The notes beneath the pieces are model-generated. The model searched no databases. It worked only from the letters and a program-made list of their open reading frames with translations, and was not told where the DNA came from. A DNA stretch of 64,000 nucleotides. It comes from Colwellia sp. (GTDB lineage Bacteria > Pseudomonadota > Gammaproteobacteria > Enterobacterales > Alteromonadaceae). This document shows, in pieces, positions 37,997-49,239 of the stretch (its first letter is position 1; every line of letters begins with the position of its first letter). The stretch lies in assembly GCF_013214175.1 (NCBI RefSeq), contig NZ_JABSPA010000001.1, forward strand, positions 158,102 to 222,101, written 5' to 3'. The position numbers and the translations under genes were made by a program.

Positions 37997-40900
37997 TTAA
38001 CCTATAAAAGCACGAGCGTTACGGAACATGCGCACCCAAGGTGAATCTTCACCCCAGCTATCTGGATGCCATGAGTTAGCAACCGTTCTAAATACACGTT
38101 CAGGATGTGGCATCATAATGGTGACACGACCATCAGTAGTTGTTAATGCAGTTATACCATCAACTGAACCGTTAGGGTTAGCTGGGTATGTTTCAGTAAC
38201 GTCACCGTAGTTATTAACGAAACGCATTGATACAGTGCCTGAGTTGTTGGCAGCATCAATAGCAGTATCAGAGCTAAATTCAGCATAACCTTCACCGTGC
38301 GATACCGCGATTGGCATACGTGAACCAGCCATGCCTTTAAATAATACCGACGGACTCTCTTGAATTTCAACTAATGAGAAACGTGCTTCAAAACGTTCTG
38401 ATTTGTTTTGTACAAAGTGAGGCCAGTGCTCAGAGCCTGGGATGATGTCTTTTAAGTTTGACAACATTTGGCAACCGTTACACACACCTAGAGTGAAAGT
38501 ATCTTTACGTTCAAAGAATGTCTTAAACATTGTTCGGGCATCAGCATTAAATAATATTGATTTTGCCCAACCTTCACCAGCACCTAGAACATCACCGTAG
38601 GAGAAACCACCACAAGCAACTAAGCCGTTAAAGTCAGCTAAATCTGTACGACCCGATAAGATATCCGACATATGTACATCAACGGCAACAAAACCCGCTC
38701 GGTCAAAAGCCGCGGCCATTTCAACATGAGAGTTAACACCTTGCTCACGTAAAATAGCAATACGAGGGTTAGAGATGCCGTTAGCAGCGTTTTGTGCGTC
38801 TTTAACAATTAAATCGCTAACAATATCTTCGTTGATATCAAAGGTAAGCTCGGTGTTCAAACCTGGATCTTCAGTATCAAATTTAACATCGTGCTCTTGT
38901 TGTGCACATTCTGGATTATCACGCAGTGACTGCATTCTATAAGTCGTTTGTGCCCAAACAGTACGGTAATAAGTACGAGAGTTTTCTAAGACAACCTCAC
39001 CATCACGAGTGAAACGAATAGTATCTTCGTTGTTCAAATGACCAATATCAGTGCAGTAATCTAAAATACCGTGCTCAGCTAAAATAGTGTCGATAGCTTC
39101 AACATCGTTGGTACGAATTTGCATAACTGCGCCAAGCTCTTCATTAAACAAGGTAGCTAAATCATCACTTGCGCCGTTTGCTTCATTTGTAGTAACGAGC
39201 TTGCTGATATCAATATCAACACCGGTATGGCCGGCAAAAGCCATTTCAGTAACCGTAGTGAATAAACCACCATCTGAAATATCATGATAAGCCACCAACT
39301 TCTCAGCGCGTACAAGAGCTTGCATGGCGTTGAAGAAACCTTTTAATACTTCTGGGCTATCAACATCAGGGGTTTCATTACCAAGCTGTTTGTAAACTTG
39401 TGCTAAACATGAGCCACCTAAACGTTTCTTACCTTTAGATAAGTCGATAGCTACTAAGCGTGTCTCGCCTTTGTCGCTGCGAAGCTCAGGCGTTACTGTT
39501 TTACGAATATCCTCAACAACACCAAAAGCGGTGATGATTAATGACATAGGTGAAGTGACAGACTTGTCTATACCTTCTTCAGTCCATTGAGTACGCATCG
39601 ACATTGAGTCTTTACCTACTGGAATGGTTAAACCAAGGGCTGGACAAAGTTCTTCACCAATAGCTTTAACCGCTTCATAAAGACCAGCATCTTCACCAGG
39701 GTGACCTGCAGGAGACATCCAGTTAGCTGAAAGCTTGATACGGTTTAAATCACCAATATCAGTACCGGCAATGTTAGTTAGTGACTCTGCTACTGCTAAA
39801 CGAGCAGAAGCGCCAAAGTTTAATAAGGCAACAGGTGTACGCTCACCAAGAGACATAGCTTCACCATGGTAAGAATCAAGCGCAGATGCAGTAACACCAC
39901 AATCGGCTACTGGTACTTGCCAAGGTCCAACCATTTGGTCGCGGTTAACCATGCCTGTTACGCTGCGATCGCCGATGGTAATTAGGAAGGTTTTTTCAGC
40001 CACTGTTGGTAGACTTAAAATACGGTTAGCAGCATCAGTTAAGGTGACATTGCTTAGATCTAATGAATCACCTGCAGCTGTTGCCGTTTTAACGTCTTTA
40101 AATATTTTAGGTGTTTTACCTAATAATACTTCAAGCGGTAAATCAATCGGCGTATTAAGTTTTTCGTTGTCACTAAAGTGTGCATCAGTAACGGTTAATT
40201 GCAATTCTTCGGTGGCACGACCAACAACAGCATATGGCGCACGTTCACGGGCACATATTTGTTCAAAAACCGCTAGATTCTTGTCTGATACGGCAATAAC
40301 ATAACGTTCTTGAGATTCGTTACACCAGATTTCATGTGGCGCCATGCTGCGTTCATCATTTGGTACGTTACGAAGTTCAAATACACCACCACGGCCACCA
40401 TCAGAAACAAGTTCAGGGAAAGCATTAGATAAACCGCCAGCACCAACATCATGAATAAAGGCGATTGGATTTTCTTCACCTAGCTGCCAACACTTATCGA
40501 TAACTTCTTGGCAACGACGTTCCATTTCTGGATTTTCACGTTGTACTGAAGCAAAGTCTAAACTTTCAGCTGACTGACCTGAAGCCATTGATGAAGCAGC
40601 ACCGCCGCCTAAACCAATGTTCATTGCTGGGCCACCTAAGGCAATTAAGTTAGCGCCAACGATAATTTCACGTTTTTGTACATGTTCATCACGAATATTA
40701 CCTAAACCACCAGCAAGCATAATTGGCTTGTGATAACCACGTACCTCAACACCGTTAAACGAGTTAACTTCTTCTTCATACGTACGGAAGTAACCTAAAA
40801 TAGCCGGACGACCGAATTCATTGTTAAATGCCGCGCCACCTAATGGACCTTCCATCATGATGTCAAAAGCAGTAACAATACGGCTTGGTTTGCCAAAATC

Positions 40901-41971
40901 AGTTTCCCAAGGTTGCACAAATTCAGGAATGCGTAAGTTAGATACCGAGAAGCCCACTAAACCTGCTTTTGGTTTTGAGCCAATACCGGTTGCGCCTTCA
41001 TCACGAATTTCACCACCTGAGCCAGTTGCAGCACCAGGGTACGGAGAAATAGCGGTAGGGTGGTTATGAGTTTCAACTTTCATCAAAATTTGAATATCTT
41101 CATGGTGGTAACCATAAACATTAGTTTCAGGGTTAGGGAAGAAACGACCACCTTTATTACCGACCATTACCGCAGCGTTATCTTTATAAGCGCTAAGGAC
41201 GTAATCACCATTAATTTCGTGAGTATTACGGATCATTTTAAACAAAGATTTCTCTTGTTTAACGCCGTCAATAGTCCAGTCCGCGTTGAAAATTTTATGA
41301 CGACAATGCTCTGAGTTTGCTTGAGCAAACATGTAAAGTTCAATATCGTGTGGGTTGCGACCTAGTTTAGTGAAGTTTTCAAATAAGTAATTAACTTCAT
41401 CATCAGCTAAAGCCAAACCTAATTCTACGTTCGCTTTAACAAGTGCTTGTTTACCGCCATTTTCAATATCAATAGCGGTTAATTCACCAGGCTCACTGCT
41501 GGCAAATAACTTGCTTGCCTCTTCGAAATCATTAAAGACACTTTCCATCATACGATCATGTAATAATGCGTTTAATTGTACTTCTTGTTCTGCATTTAAC
41601 TGTGCATCATTTTCGAATGATACATAATAAGCAATACCGCGCTCTAATCGAACCACTTTAGCTAAGCCACAATTGTGCGCTATATCGGTAGACTTTGATG
41701 ACCAAGGAGAAATAGTGCCCGGACGAGGAGTCACTAATAAAAATAAGCCTGTAGGTTGATGCTCTTCAATTGTTGGGCCGTAAGTAAGTAATTGCTGTAA
41801 AACATTCTCTTCACTGGCACTTAAATCTTCATTAAGTTGAGCAAAATGGGCAAGTTCAGCATAAATATCATTTACTGGCAGCTGTAACTGTTCACATTGA
41901 GCTAATAGTTTTTTAACTCTGAACTCAGAAAGTGCTGGAGCGCCACGAAGGTTTTTAATCAACATCGTCAT
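37997..41971 (-). CDS. purL: Phosphoribosylformylglycinamidine synthase (large, single-chain)
   Basis: [40 protein letters not shown]. Confidence 0.98.
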   Translation of the reverse strand: MTMLIKNLRGAPALSEFRVKKLLAQCEQLQLPVNDIYAELAHFAQLNEDLSASEENVLQQLLTYGPTIEEHQPTGLFLLVTPRPGTISPWSSKSTDIAHNCGLAKVVRLERGIAYYVSFENDAQLNAEQEVQLNALLHDRMMESVFNDFEEASKLFASSEPGELTAIDIENGGKQALVKANVELGLALADDEVNYLFENFTKLGRNPHDIELYMFAQANSEHCRHKIFNADWTIDGVKQEKSLFKMIRNTHEINGDYVLSAYKDNAAVMVGNKGGRFFPNPETNVYGYHHEDIQILMKVETHNHPTAISPYPGAATGSGGEIRDEGATGIGSKPKAGLVGFSVSNLRIPEFVQPWETDFGKPSRIVTAFDIMMEGPLGGAAFNNEFGRPAILGYFRTYEEEVNSFNGVEVRGYHKPIMLAGGLGNIRDEHVQKREIIVGANLIALGGPAMNIGLGGGAASSMASGQSAESLDFASVQRENPEMERRCQEVIDKCWQLGEENPIAFIHDVGAGGLSNAFPELVSDGGRGGVFELRNVPNDERSMAPHEIWCNESQERYVIAVSDKNLAVFEQICARERAPYAVVGRATEELQLTVTDAHFSDNEKLNTPIDLPLEVLLGKTPKIFKDVKTATAAGDSLDLSNVTLTDAANRILSLPTVAEKTFLITIGDRSVTGMVNRDQMVGPWQVPVADCGVTASALDSYHGEAMSLGERTPVALLNFGASARLAVAESLTNIAGTDIGDLNRIKLSANWMSPAGHPGEDAGLYEAVKAIGEELCPALGLTIPVGKDSMSMRTQWTEEGIDKSVTSPMSLIITAFGVVEDIRKTVTPELRSDKGETRLVAIDLSKGKKRLGGSCLAQVYKQLGNETPDVDSPEVLKGFFNAMQALVRAEKLVAYHDISDGGLFTTVTEMAFAGHTGVDIDISKLVTTNEANGASDDLATLFNEELGAVMQIRTNDVEAIDTILAEHGILDYCTDIGHLNNEDTIRFTRDGEVVLENSRTYYRTVWAQTTYRMQSLRDNPECAQQEHDVKFDTEDPGLNTELTFDINEDIVSDLIVKDAQNAANGISNPRIAILREQGVNSHVEMAAAFDRAGFVAVDVHMSDILSGRTDLADFNGLVACGGFSYGDVLGAGEGWAKSILFNADARTMFKTFFERKDTFTLGVCNGCQMLSNLKDIIPGSEHWPHFVQNKSERFEARFSLVEIQESPSVLFKGMAGSRMPIAVSHGEGYAEFSSDTAIDAANNSGTVSMRFVNNYGDVTETYPANPNGSVDGITALTTTDGRVTIMMPHPERVFRTVANSWHPDSWGEDSPWVRMFRNARAFIG

Positions 41972-42259
41972 AGGGTAATCACCAAATATTATGTAGGGCT
42001 TTGATTGGCTTTTACTTGCTGAATCTGCACAGTAAAAACTAACCGAAAATTTCGCGCGTATTATAGTTGAAATTAACGCTTTTGTTAACGGAAAAAGTCA
42101 AGTAAAAACTTAACACTAGTGTCAGGTAAAAAGTACTTGGCTAATAGAACAATACACGACACAATTGAGGTCATGACTAAACATTTATATTTTCCAATAA
42201 AAGCTAAACTCTTTACTAACTTAGCTAGTAAGTTAAAGAGCAAATTAAAGGGTAAGCTA

Positions 42260-43777
42260 ATGACTAAGTTTATCTCTTTGCTCTTATTTATTTTTGCCAC
42301 TCTTTTATTAAGTGGCTGTGATAAAAAAAATGACTCTTCAAGTTTATCTCGTATTTTAGCTCGAGGTTATATCAATGTTGGCACAATCTTCGGACCAACA
42401 AATTATTACACCACAGCCAATGGCTTTGCTGGTTTTGAATATGAATTAGCAAAAAAGTATGCTGACTCGCTTAATGTCGAATTGCGCATTATCCCAAGTT
42501 ATAGCCTTAACGAACTTTTCATCAAGTTAAATACCGGTGAGGTTGACTTGTTGGCTGCTAGTTTGTCAAAAACTGAAAAGCGCCTACAGCGTTTTCGCTT
42601 TGCACCGAGTTATGAAACTATCAGCCAGAAATTAGTCTTTAAGCAAGGTAATATCAGGCCGAGAAAAGTGGCTGACTTAGCGGGTAAGTTAATGGTTACC
42701 ACGGGGTCAAGTTATGTGGAAAACCTTGAGAAGCTAAAGCTAACCCATAGCGAACTCACTTGGCAAGAAACCATTGAATTTGATAGCGAAGAGCTTTTGG
42801 CTAAAGTACTCAGTGGTGAAATAGATTATACCGTGATTGACAGTAATAACTTAGCCATTAACCGCAGTTATTACCCTGAGATAAGTATTGGTTTTAGTAT
42901 TAAAAAGCCAGAGCCTTTAGCTTGGATGGTCAGTAAAAACAGTCATGATGATATCTTAGCAAGCCTGATTGAGTTTTTTGGCATAGTGCATCACGACGGT
43001 ACTTTGCTAGCGTTAGATGACAAATATTATGGTCATATTGAACAATTTAACTATGTTGAAACCCGGACATTTATTAAAGCGGTAGCAACAACTTTACCTA
43101 AATATCAGCATTTTTTTGAGAAATATGCCCAAGAGCTCGATTGGCGTTTATTAGCGGCCATTAGTTACCAAGAATCACACTGGAATCCAACAGCACGTTC
43201 ATATACCGGTGTGCGTGGCATGATGATGTTGACGTTAGCCACAGCAAAACAAATGGGTATTAAAAGCCGTTTAGATACTGAGCAAAGTATTCGAGGCGGG
43301 GCAAAATACTTTAAGCGCATGATTGCTATGATGCCTGATAGAATACCGAGACCAGATCGTATTTGGTTTGCTTTAGCTTCTTATAATATCGGCTTTGGCC
43401 ATTTAAATGATGCAAGGATTATCACCCAACGCCAAGGTGGCGATCCTGACCGCTGGGTCGAAGTTAAAACTCGTTTGCCGTTATTGCAACAGAAAAAATA
43501 TTATAAAAATACTAAACATGGTTATGCACGTGGAGAAGAGCCTGTGCATTATGTTGACAATATTCGTCGTTATTACGACACCTTAAGCTGGTTAGATAAT
43601 AAATCCAAAGAGCAAGCCAAAGAAGATGCTATCGCATTAGAGCGCCAACAAGCGTTAGAACTACAAGAACATTTACCCGAAACATTACCCTCTGAAAGTC
43701 AATCACAGGACAGTATTACTCCTGTAAAATCTGAACCAAAATCTGATAAAGAAGCACAAGCAATTTCAGCCAAATAA
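42260..43777 (+). CDS. mltF: Membrane-bound lytic murein transglycosylase F
   Basis: N-terminal SBP_bac_3 domain (GFEYELA) plus SLT domain ([25 protein letters not shown]); divergent from purL. Start taken at ATG 42260. Confidence 0.95.
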   Translation: MTKFISLLLFIFATLLLSGCDKKNDSSSLSRILARGYINVGTIFGPTNYYTTANGFAGFEYELAKKYADSLNVELRIIPSYSLNELFIKLNTGEVDLLAASLSKTEKRLQRFRFAPSYETISQKLVFKQGNIRPRKVADLAGKLMVTTGSSYVENLEKLKLTHSELTWQETIEFDSEELLAKVLSGEIDYTVIDSNNLAINRSYYPEISIGFSIKKPEPLAWMVSKNSHDDILASLIEFFGIVHHDGTLLALDDKYYGHIEQFNYVETRTFIKAVATTLPKYQHFFEKYAQELDWRLLAAISYQESHWNPTARSYTGVRGMMMLTLATAKQMGIKSRLDTEQSIRGGAKYFKRMIAMMPDRIPRPDRIWFALASYNIGFGHLNDARIITQRQGGDPDRWVEVKTRLPLLQQKKYYKNTKHGYARGEEPVHYVDNIRRYYDTLSWLDNKSKEQAKEDAIALERQQALELQEHLPETLPSESQSQDSITPVKSEPKSDKEAQAISAK

Positions 43778-44220
43778 AACACGATTCGCAGCTAGATTGT
43801 AAGTGTTTATGTAATAGTTAGCAGCCTAACGCTAAACGTACTTATTGACGTTTTTTATGCTGTTATATTGTATAAAAATATTGAGAGTTGCTGCTTTTCT
43901 TTACACTATTCAATTCCAATGCATATTCGTTAAATATCATTGTAATTAATACAATTTATTTATCATCTACTAACATGACAAGCTTTATTTAAATAATGAT
44001 ATTGTCAGTTATTTTTACACAATCATTTCAGAGCCAATGGAATTTACTGGCACGTATTTATAAACTATTGATTCATTTCTAGTTAACAGGCAGATAAATA
44101 ACAGGTCTTGAATATGCATGAAATACATTCAGATATAAACCTAAATACTTAGCAGTTGTGGTGTGCTTGGCCTTTTGCCATTGCACGCCTTGTTAGGCTC
44201 AATAGTATAGGATTTTTGTT

Positions 44221-44613
44221 ATGAATATTCTAAAATTGATGTCACTTGTTCTCTTCCTTTTATTCGCTGTAAATGCCAATTCAACTCAGTATAAGTTTGT
44301 TGCCGGCGATAATAGTTTTTCCACTAAGGTATGTGTGCTAGCTGGCTCTGATGACAAGGCGAGATTGAGTAGGTCGAAAGGCTATCCTAACGATAGTGGT
44401 AGACTTATCGCCAATACCGTTAGGTGTAATGACATGACCATTGCTAGCTTTGCTAAAAAATACCAGGCGATGAATACGTTTAAATACTTGAACGGACTGA
44501 CAAAGTTGAGCCTGAGGGAATACGATACTAGTGTTGAAATACAAGACGTAACAACTGCGGTTAATGATAATAGCGATGTTGTTAAGGTTATTTATGTACG
44601 TTCAGCTAAATAG
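44221..44613 (+). CDS. DUF3718-like exported protein
   Basis: Signal peptide; TKVC...VRCNDMTIASFAKKYQA pattern. Confidence 0.7.
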   Translation: MNILKLMSLVLFLLFAVNANSTQYKFVAGDNSFSTKVCVLAGSDDKARLSRSKGYPNDSGRLIANTVRCNDMTIASFAKKYQAMNTFKYLNGLTKLSLREYDTSVEIQDVTTAVNDNSDVVKVIYVRSAK

Positions 44614-44779
44614 AGTTACAGAGAAGAGCTTTAACCGTAGAGGCAAGTCTATTAGCTTAGGGCTAATTTTCTTGCTTTGTTATATCAGATATTATTAACC
44701 TACTGAATTAGAATAGCTATTCTATAAACATTGCCAACTATTTAAATCATTGTTCGTTAGAGACCTTCACATTGTCTTA

Positions 44780-44817
44780 CTAGGCTTTGCTAGGTATTGC
44801 TAGGTATTGCTAGGTAT
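44780..44817. repeat. 10-bp tandem repeat (CTAGGTATTG, ~3.8 copies)
   Basis: ctaggctttg-ctaggtattg-ctaggtattg-ctaggtat. Confidence 0.85.
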
Positions 44818-44852
44818 GACGGTAAATAATAACAGCATTATCAATACCTTTA

Positions 44853-44886
44853 CTGTCATAAAACTGTCATTTCACCAAGCTATAGT
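44853..44886 (+). promoter_or_regulatory. PhoB box with -10 element
   Basis: CTGTCATAAAACTGTCAT (44853-44870) matches the Pho-box consensus; TATAGT lies 10 nt downstream (44881-44886). Confidence 0.82.
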
Positions 44887-44928
44887 CGATGGGTAATTAA
44901 AAATAATCTTACCTAGAGTGATAATAAA

Positions 44929-45078
44929 ATGAAAAGAACCTTAAAGAATAATCAACGAAGAAAACAATTAAACCGCCAACATCATAAAATGACCTCGCGT
45001 AGACAGTCTCACTTTAATCAAGTCATGAATGAAGTTGTTGAGCAAGCCACTGATCCGCTTAGTTATCCGCTTAGTTAG
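44929..45078 (+). CDS. Unannotated 49-aa basic small protein
   Basis: MKRTLKNNQRRKQLNRQHHKMTSRRQSHFNQVMNEVVEQATDPLSYPLS*, directly downstream of the Pho-box promoter; below the ORF-track cut-off. Confidence 0.55.
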   Translation: MKRTLKNNQRRKQLNRQHHKMTSRRQSHFNQVMNEVVEQATDPLSYPLS

Positions 45079-45253
45079 GAATTCAATAGTATTTAATTCA
45101 CTACTCTGACAAAGGCTCTAACTAGTACATTTTTATTGAACTAGCTAATAACTGTAGTTTCATCGAGTATTATTAAGTTTGCTTGCTTATCAATAAGTTG
45201 AACTTTCTCAACTGCTCTTATCTAATGCACCTTTTAGCCTGTGCTCTAATATA

Positions 45254-45601
45254 CTAGCTAATAATTATTGCGGTTTCATCAAGGTTATTTGTTTGCTTAT
45301 CAATTAACTGAAATTGATTAAAGCCAATAGTGATCACATCATCATGGTTGAGTTTTTCACGCGACACCTTGTTGCCATTTAATTCAATACCGTTAGTACT
45401 GGCAAGATCTTCTAAATAAGTGATCAATTGACCATCAATAAATGGGTCTGGCTCGGTGATTAAACGTGCATGTTTTGAACTGACTGCGGCATCATTAATT
45501 TGAATGTCATTACTACTTGCACGGCCGATAGATAAATATCCTTCAACAAGTTGCCATTTATTAATAATTACATCTTCAACACTTAAGGCTAAATAAGCCA
45601 T
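45254..45601 (-). CDS. Stand-alone FHA-domain protein
   Basis: IGRASSND, VSSKHA, DLASTNG, DDVITIG signature. Confidence 0.92.
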   Translation of the reverse strand: MAYLALSVEDVIINKWQLVEGYLSIGRASSNDIQINDAAVSSKHARLITEPDPFIDGQLITYLEDLASTNGIELNGNKVSREKLNHDDVITIGFNQFQLIDKQTNNLDETAIIIS

Positions 45602-45665
45602 ATAAACTCCTAATTTAATTATTATTATTATTCTTATTCTTATTTATATTTATTTTTATTTTTAG

Positions 45666-46406
45666 TTAATTGCTTACACGGATTAAGCCTACCGTAAGGT
45701 TATCCCTACTATTTTGGGCTAAGGCTCGGTACACCATGTCATGACAAACATCTTTATTCTCAGAGTACACTGATAAATAGTGGTTAATTTCTTGTTCAGT
45801 TAAATAATCATGTAAACCATCGGTTGATAACATAATGGTATCACCACTTTTTATTGCAATTGTTGCTGTATCAACGGCTATTTTTTCTCGAACGCCAATT
45901 GCTTGCGATAGTAGATTTTTGGTATTGGAATTTTTAGCGGTTTCTGCGCTTATTGCACCTCTATTCACTAATTCTTGCAGCATGGTGTGATCAACTGTTT
46001 CTTGTACTAAATTTTTATTTTTTAAACTATAAGCACGTGAGTCACCAACCCAGCCTAGATAGCAGTTATTATTTTCTATTACTATTAATACGCCTGTAGT
46101 GCCCATGCCTTGCTGGTCACTAGTACTGCTTGCTTGGTTTAGAATTGCTATATTTGCTGCATTAAGTTGTTCTGTAATCCATGTTAGCCAATTAGCTTGG
46201 TTAGTGATGGATACTTTATCCCACTCAGATTTGATATGGTCAACTAACATTGCGCTGGCAACTTCACCGGCATTATGTCCACCCATACCGTCAGCAATTA
46301 GCATCCAAGCAACACCTAGCTCTTTATGAATGCCGTAACTTATGGCATCTTCATTATTGTCTCGAATCGCGCCCTGATGACATAGGGATTTAATGTGATA
46401 ATTCAT
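45666..46406 (-). CDS. PP2C-family Ser/Thr phosphatase (Stp1/PstP-like)
   Basis: IRDNNED, IADGMGGH, GMGTT, WVGDSRAY, STDGLHD, DNLT. Confidence 0.94.
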   Translation of the reverse strand: MNYHIKSLCHQGAIRDNNEDAISYGIHKELGVAWMLIADGMGGHNAGEVASAMLVDHIKSEWDKVSITNQANWLTWITEQLNAANIAILNQASSTSDQQGMGTTGVLIVIENNNCYLGWVGDSRAYSLKNKNLVQETVDHTMLQELVNRGAISAETAKNSNTKNLLSQAIGVREKIAVDTATIAIKSGDTIMLSTDGLHDYLTEQEINHYLSVYSENKDVCHDMVYRALAQNSRDNLTVGLIRVSN

Positions 46407-46481
46407 AGGAGTTAACTGTTAGTGCCTTTATCTTATGATGAAAAGTCGTTATTTAACGGACTAGTTAATAGCTTGTTTTTA

Positions 46482-48800
46482 TTAGAGTGCGCTGACTTTA
46501 AAGTCTCTTTTAAGCGCATTAGCAAGCGCTAGCTTAAATTCTGCCATATTTTGATATCGTTTATCTATATCTTTATGCATGGCTTTATTACATATACGCT
46601 GAGCACTTGTTGGCAACGCGGGATTTCGTTGATTGACGGCAACAGCTTTTGCTTTGGTAATTTGATAGGCGACGGTGGCGATGGACTCGCCTTCGAAAGG
46701 TAAATAGCCACAAAGTAGCTGGTAAAATGTTACCCCTAAACTGAAAATATCACTACGACCGTCAACTTTTAAACCCAATATTTGTTCTGGAGACATGTAA
46801 TAAGGGCTGCCCATAATAATACCGGTACGGGTTTTACTGTTATCACTGACGTAGGCTATGCCAAAATCCGTTACCGTGACTTTGAGTAAGTCATCATCAT
46901 AAATAATGTTGGCTGGCTTGATATCTCTATGAACAACGTTTTGCTTATGGGCATAATCTAAGGCATCGGTTATCTGTATTAATAATTGATAAACCAATGG
47001 AATAGGCAGTGTTTTCCCTGGTTGGATAAATAGTGATAAGGGCGCGCCAGTCAGTAGATCCATAGCGATATAACCTAGCTTGTTTTCTTCACCGACATCA
47101 TAAATGGTAACTATATTTGCATGACTTAAACCACCAGCAGTTTGCGCCTCTCTAAAGAACCTTTCTTTGGCTTCAGTAAATTCAGCTGAGTCAATATCAT
47201 CACTTAATTGCAGCGTTTTAATGGCAACATGCCGATTTATTTTAGGATCGACACCTTGGTAGACAATACCCATTGCGCCTTTGCCTAAGATTCCTTCCAC
47301 TTGATAGCGGCCAAAATTCTTAACGGTTAAGTGATGGTTAAGCTTGCTCTGACTTTGTAACTGATTATCAACTATCACTAAGGTTTGCTCAAAATCTTCT
47401 GCGGGCAAAGTTATGGTGCTAACGGGCGATGCTACTCGGGCACTATTGGTTGTTGTCACTGTGACATCTGTCACAGCCGGAGATGATGACTGTGCTATTT
47501 TTACTTGCTTGTTGGTTAATGATTTAGCCTTATCAACCATGGTGGCGAGTGACGCACTAGGTAAGTGCTCTGTTCGATAATTAAGAGCCGATAAAAATAA
47601 GTTATATTCCCTTTGATAAGCTAAAAGTAATAACCATGAGCCCGCCAGTACAAGCACAACGGGAAGTACCTCAAGCCATTGTTGCTGCTTAAACATAAAA
47701 TATTGAATGATAAATAACACTAAGCTGTAACTCACTATGCCTATTAGCTGTTGCTTAATATGCAGGTGGCGTATGAACCAAGCTAAAATTAAAGCGACAG
47801 CCGCCAAAGCCCAACATAATAAAACAGTGCTTAAGTTTTGCGATAAATAATCACCTAAAATTAATTTGTTAACTAAAGGTAGCACCATTTTTTGATGGCC
47901 ATAATTATCATCTATGATAATTATGGCCTTATATTGCCTTGGTGAAAAAATAGCAGAATCTAAGGCGTTTTGCTGCTCAATAAACTGCTTTACCGAAGTA
48001 TGGGCAACTGCATTACTAGCAATATCTTCTGGGCTAGATAAGCGGTCTAACTTAGCGCTATTTTCCTGACTAACTTGAACCACGCTGTCAGAAGTGAATA
48101 CATCGCCAAAAAACCCTAATAATAGCTCTGCAGGAATTAGGCTATTTTCTTTGTTACTTAAGCTTAATTGCCAATTTTGATTGAGACTAAGCTCATTATT
48201 TACACTTAATTGCTTTAGAATTTCACCGGCTAAACTTAGGTATATTCCATCTTGCTGTTGCCATAATATTGGCAAGCTTTGTCGCTCATTGATTAAAAAG
48301 GGCGTAAAGACAAAGTGTTTTGAGCTGACCTTTCTGATTTTATGCTCTGCTGAGTATCTAAACCTAGCCAAGGTGCGGGCAAGTAGCGTTGGCGATTGAC
48401 TATTTAGCGCTTGTGTCGATGAGCTATTCGCGGATGCAATGATCACTTTATGATACCTAGGAGTGTTAGCTAAATAACTTTCAAGTTGGCTCATAAATAT
48501 GCTTGATGGTTTAGCAAGCAAGGTGATTTGACTTTGAGGATGAGATGACAATATTGTTGTTATTGAGTCTAGCTCGTGATCATCGAAAGAAGAATACAGG
48601 GTTAAAATTTTATTCGAGTCAAACGCTGTGTTATTCCCAGGTAAAGCTTGTACTGATGTTAGTTTAGCGAGGGTATTAATATTTAATTGGTTTACCTGGT
48701 TTAGGGCTCCATGGGCAACATACCAAAAGCTAAAACCCCAGAATAATAGAAGTAGATAAAACCAACCCGTATGATAAATGGGCAGAAGACGTTTGATCAT
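46482..48800 (-). CDS. Membrane Hanks-type Ser/Thr kinase with a periplasmic (degenerate CHASE2-like) domain
   Basis: N-terminal TM, periplasmic region, three TMs, then LGKGAMGIVY, VAIK, HRDIKPAN, DFGIA, GSPYYMSPEQ, RSDIFSLG. Confidence 0.92.
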   Translation of the reverse strand: MIKRLLPIYHTGWFYLLLLFWGFSFWYVAHGALNQVNQLNINTLAKLTSVQALPGNNTAFDSNKILTLYSSFDDHELDSITTILSSHPQSQITLLAKPSSIFMSQLESYLANTPRYHKVIIASANSSSTQALNSQSPTLLARTLARFRYSAEHKIRKVSSKHFVFTPFLINERQSLPILWQQQDGIYLSLAGEILKQLSVNNELSLNQNWQLSLSNKENSLIPAELLLGFFGDVFTSDSVVQVSQENSAKLDRLSSPEDIASNAVAHTSVKQFIEQQNALDSAIFSPRQYKAIIIIDDNYGHQKMVLPLVNKLILGDYLSQNLSTVLLCWALAAVALILAWFIRHLHIKQQLIGIVSYSLVLFIIQYFMFKQQQWLEVLPVVLVLAGSWLLLLAYQREYNLFLSALNYRTEHLPSASLATMVDKAKSLTNKQVKIAQSSSPAVTDVTVTTTNSARVASPVSTITLPAEDFEQTLVIVDNQLQSQSKLNHHLTVKNFGRYQVEGILGKGAMGIVYQGVDPKINRHVAIKTLQLSDDIDSAEFTEAKERFFREAQTAGGLSHANIVTIYDVGEENKLGYIAMDLLTGAPLSLFIQPGKTLPIPLVYQLLIQITDALDYAHKQNVVHRDIKPANIIYDDDLLKVTVTDFGIAYVSDNSKTRTGIIMGSPYYMSPEQILGLKVDGRSDIFSLGVTFYQLLCGYLPFEGESIATVAYQITKAKAVAVNQRNPALPTSAQRICNKAMHKDIDKRYQNMAEFKLALANALKRDFKVSAL

Positions 48801-48824
48801 GTGTAGTGATAACCTTTAGCTATT

Positions 48825-49092
48825 TGATACCATTCAGCATAAAGAAGTGACCACTTAGAATTACATGGGCGACATTAGAACACACAAAATGAATAGTGAT
48901 ATAGTCGTTCTATATTTCATTCATTTTGTAACGTTATCATGGTGTTCCATGTGTTCCAAAGGCGAGTTTTAAAGGCTTATATGCTACGTTATTGATTTTG
49001 ATAAAGGAATAACCATTATCTACAATCAAAGCCTTGCCTATTAGCCTTTAAATTCTCGCTACGTGAGCACTTTCTTATTCTGACTGGTATTA
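48825..49092. mobile_element. ERIC-like miniature inverted-repeat element, copy 3
   Basis: Ends TGATACCATTCAGCATAAAGAAGTG / CACTTTCTTATTCTGACTGGTATTA; 48961-49060 is closely similar to 24431-24530. Confidence 0.78.
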
Positions 49093-49239
49093 GTATTATT
49101 TTTATTTTGCTGTTGTTACACCTCTATTAATACCTTAATGTGCTTGGCATATCAAATTTAAGCGAATAAAATAACTCTAAAAAGTGGATACTCTAGCCTT
49201 CGCTAGAGCGGCTAAAAGTCATAAGTTTTTCGTTTGTTA

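Noticed and set aside
44048-44064. Sigma-54 promoter upstream of the DUF3718-like gene
   Set aside because: TGGCAC (-24) is present but the -12 TGC element is missing.
45254-48800. Type VI secretion cluster
   Set aside because: Only kinase, phosphatase and FHA genes are present; no tss structural genes, and the FHA protein is much shorter than T6SS Fha/TagH.
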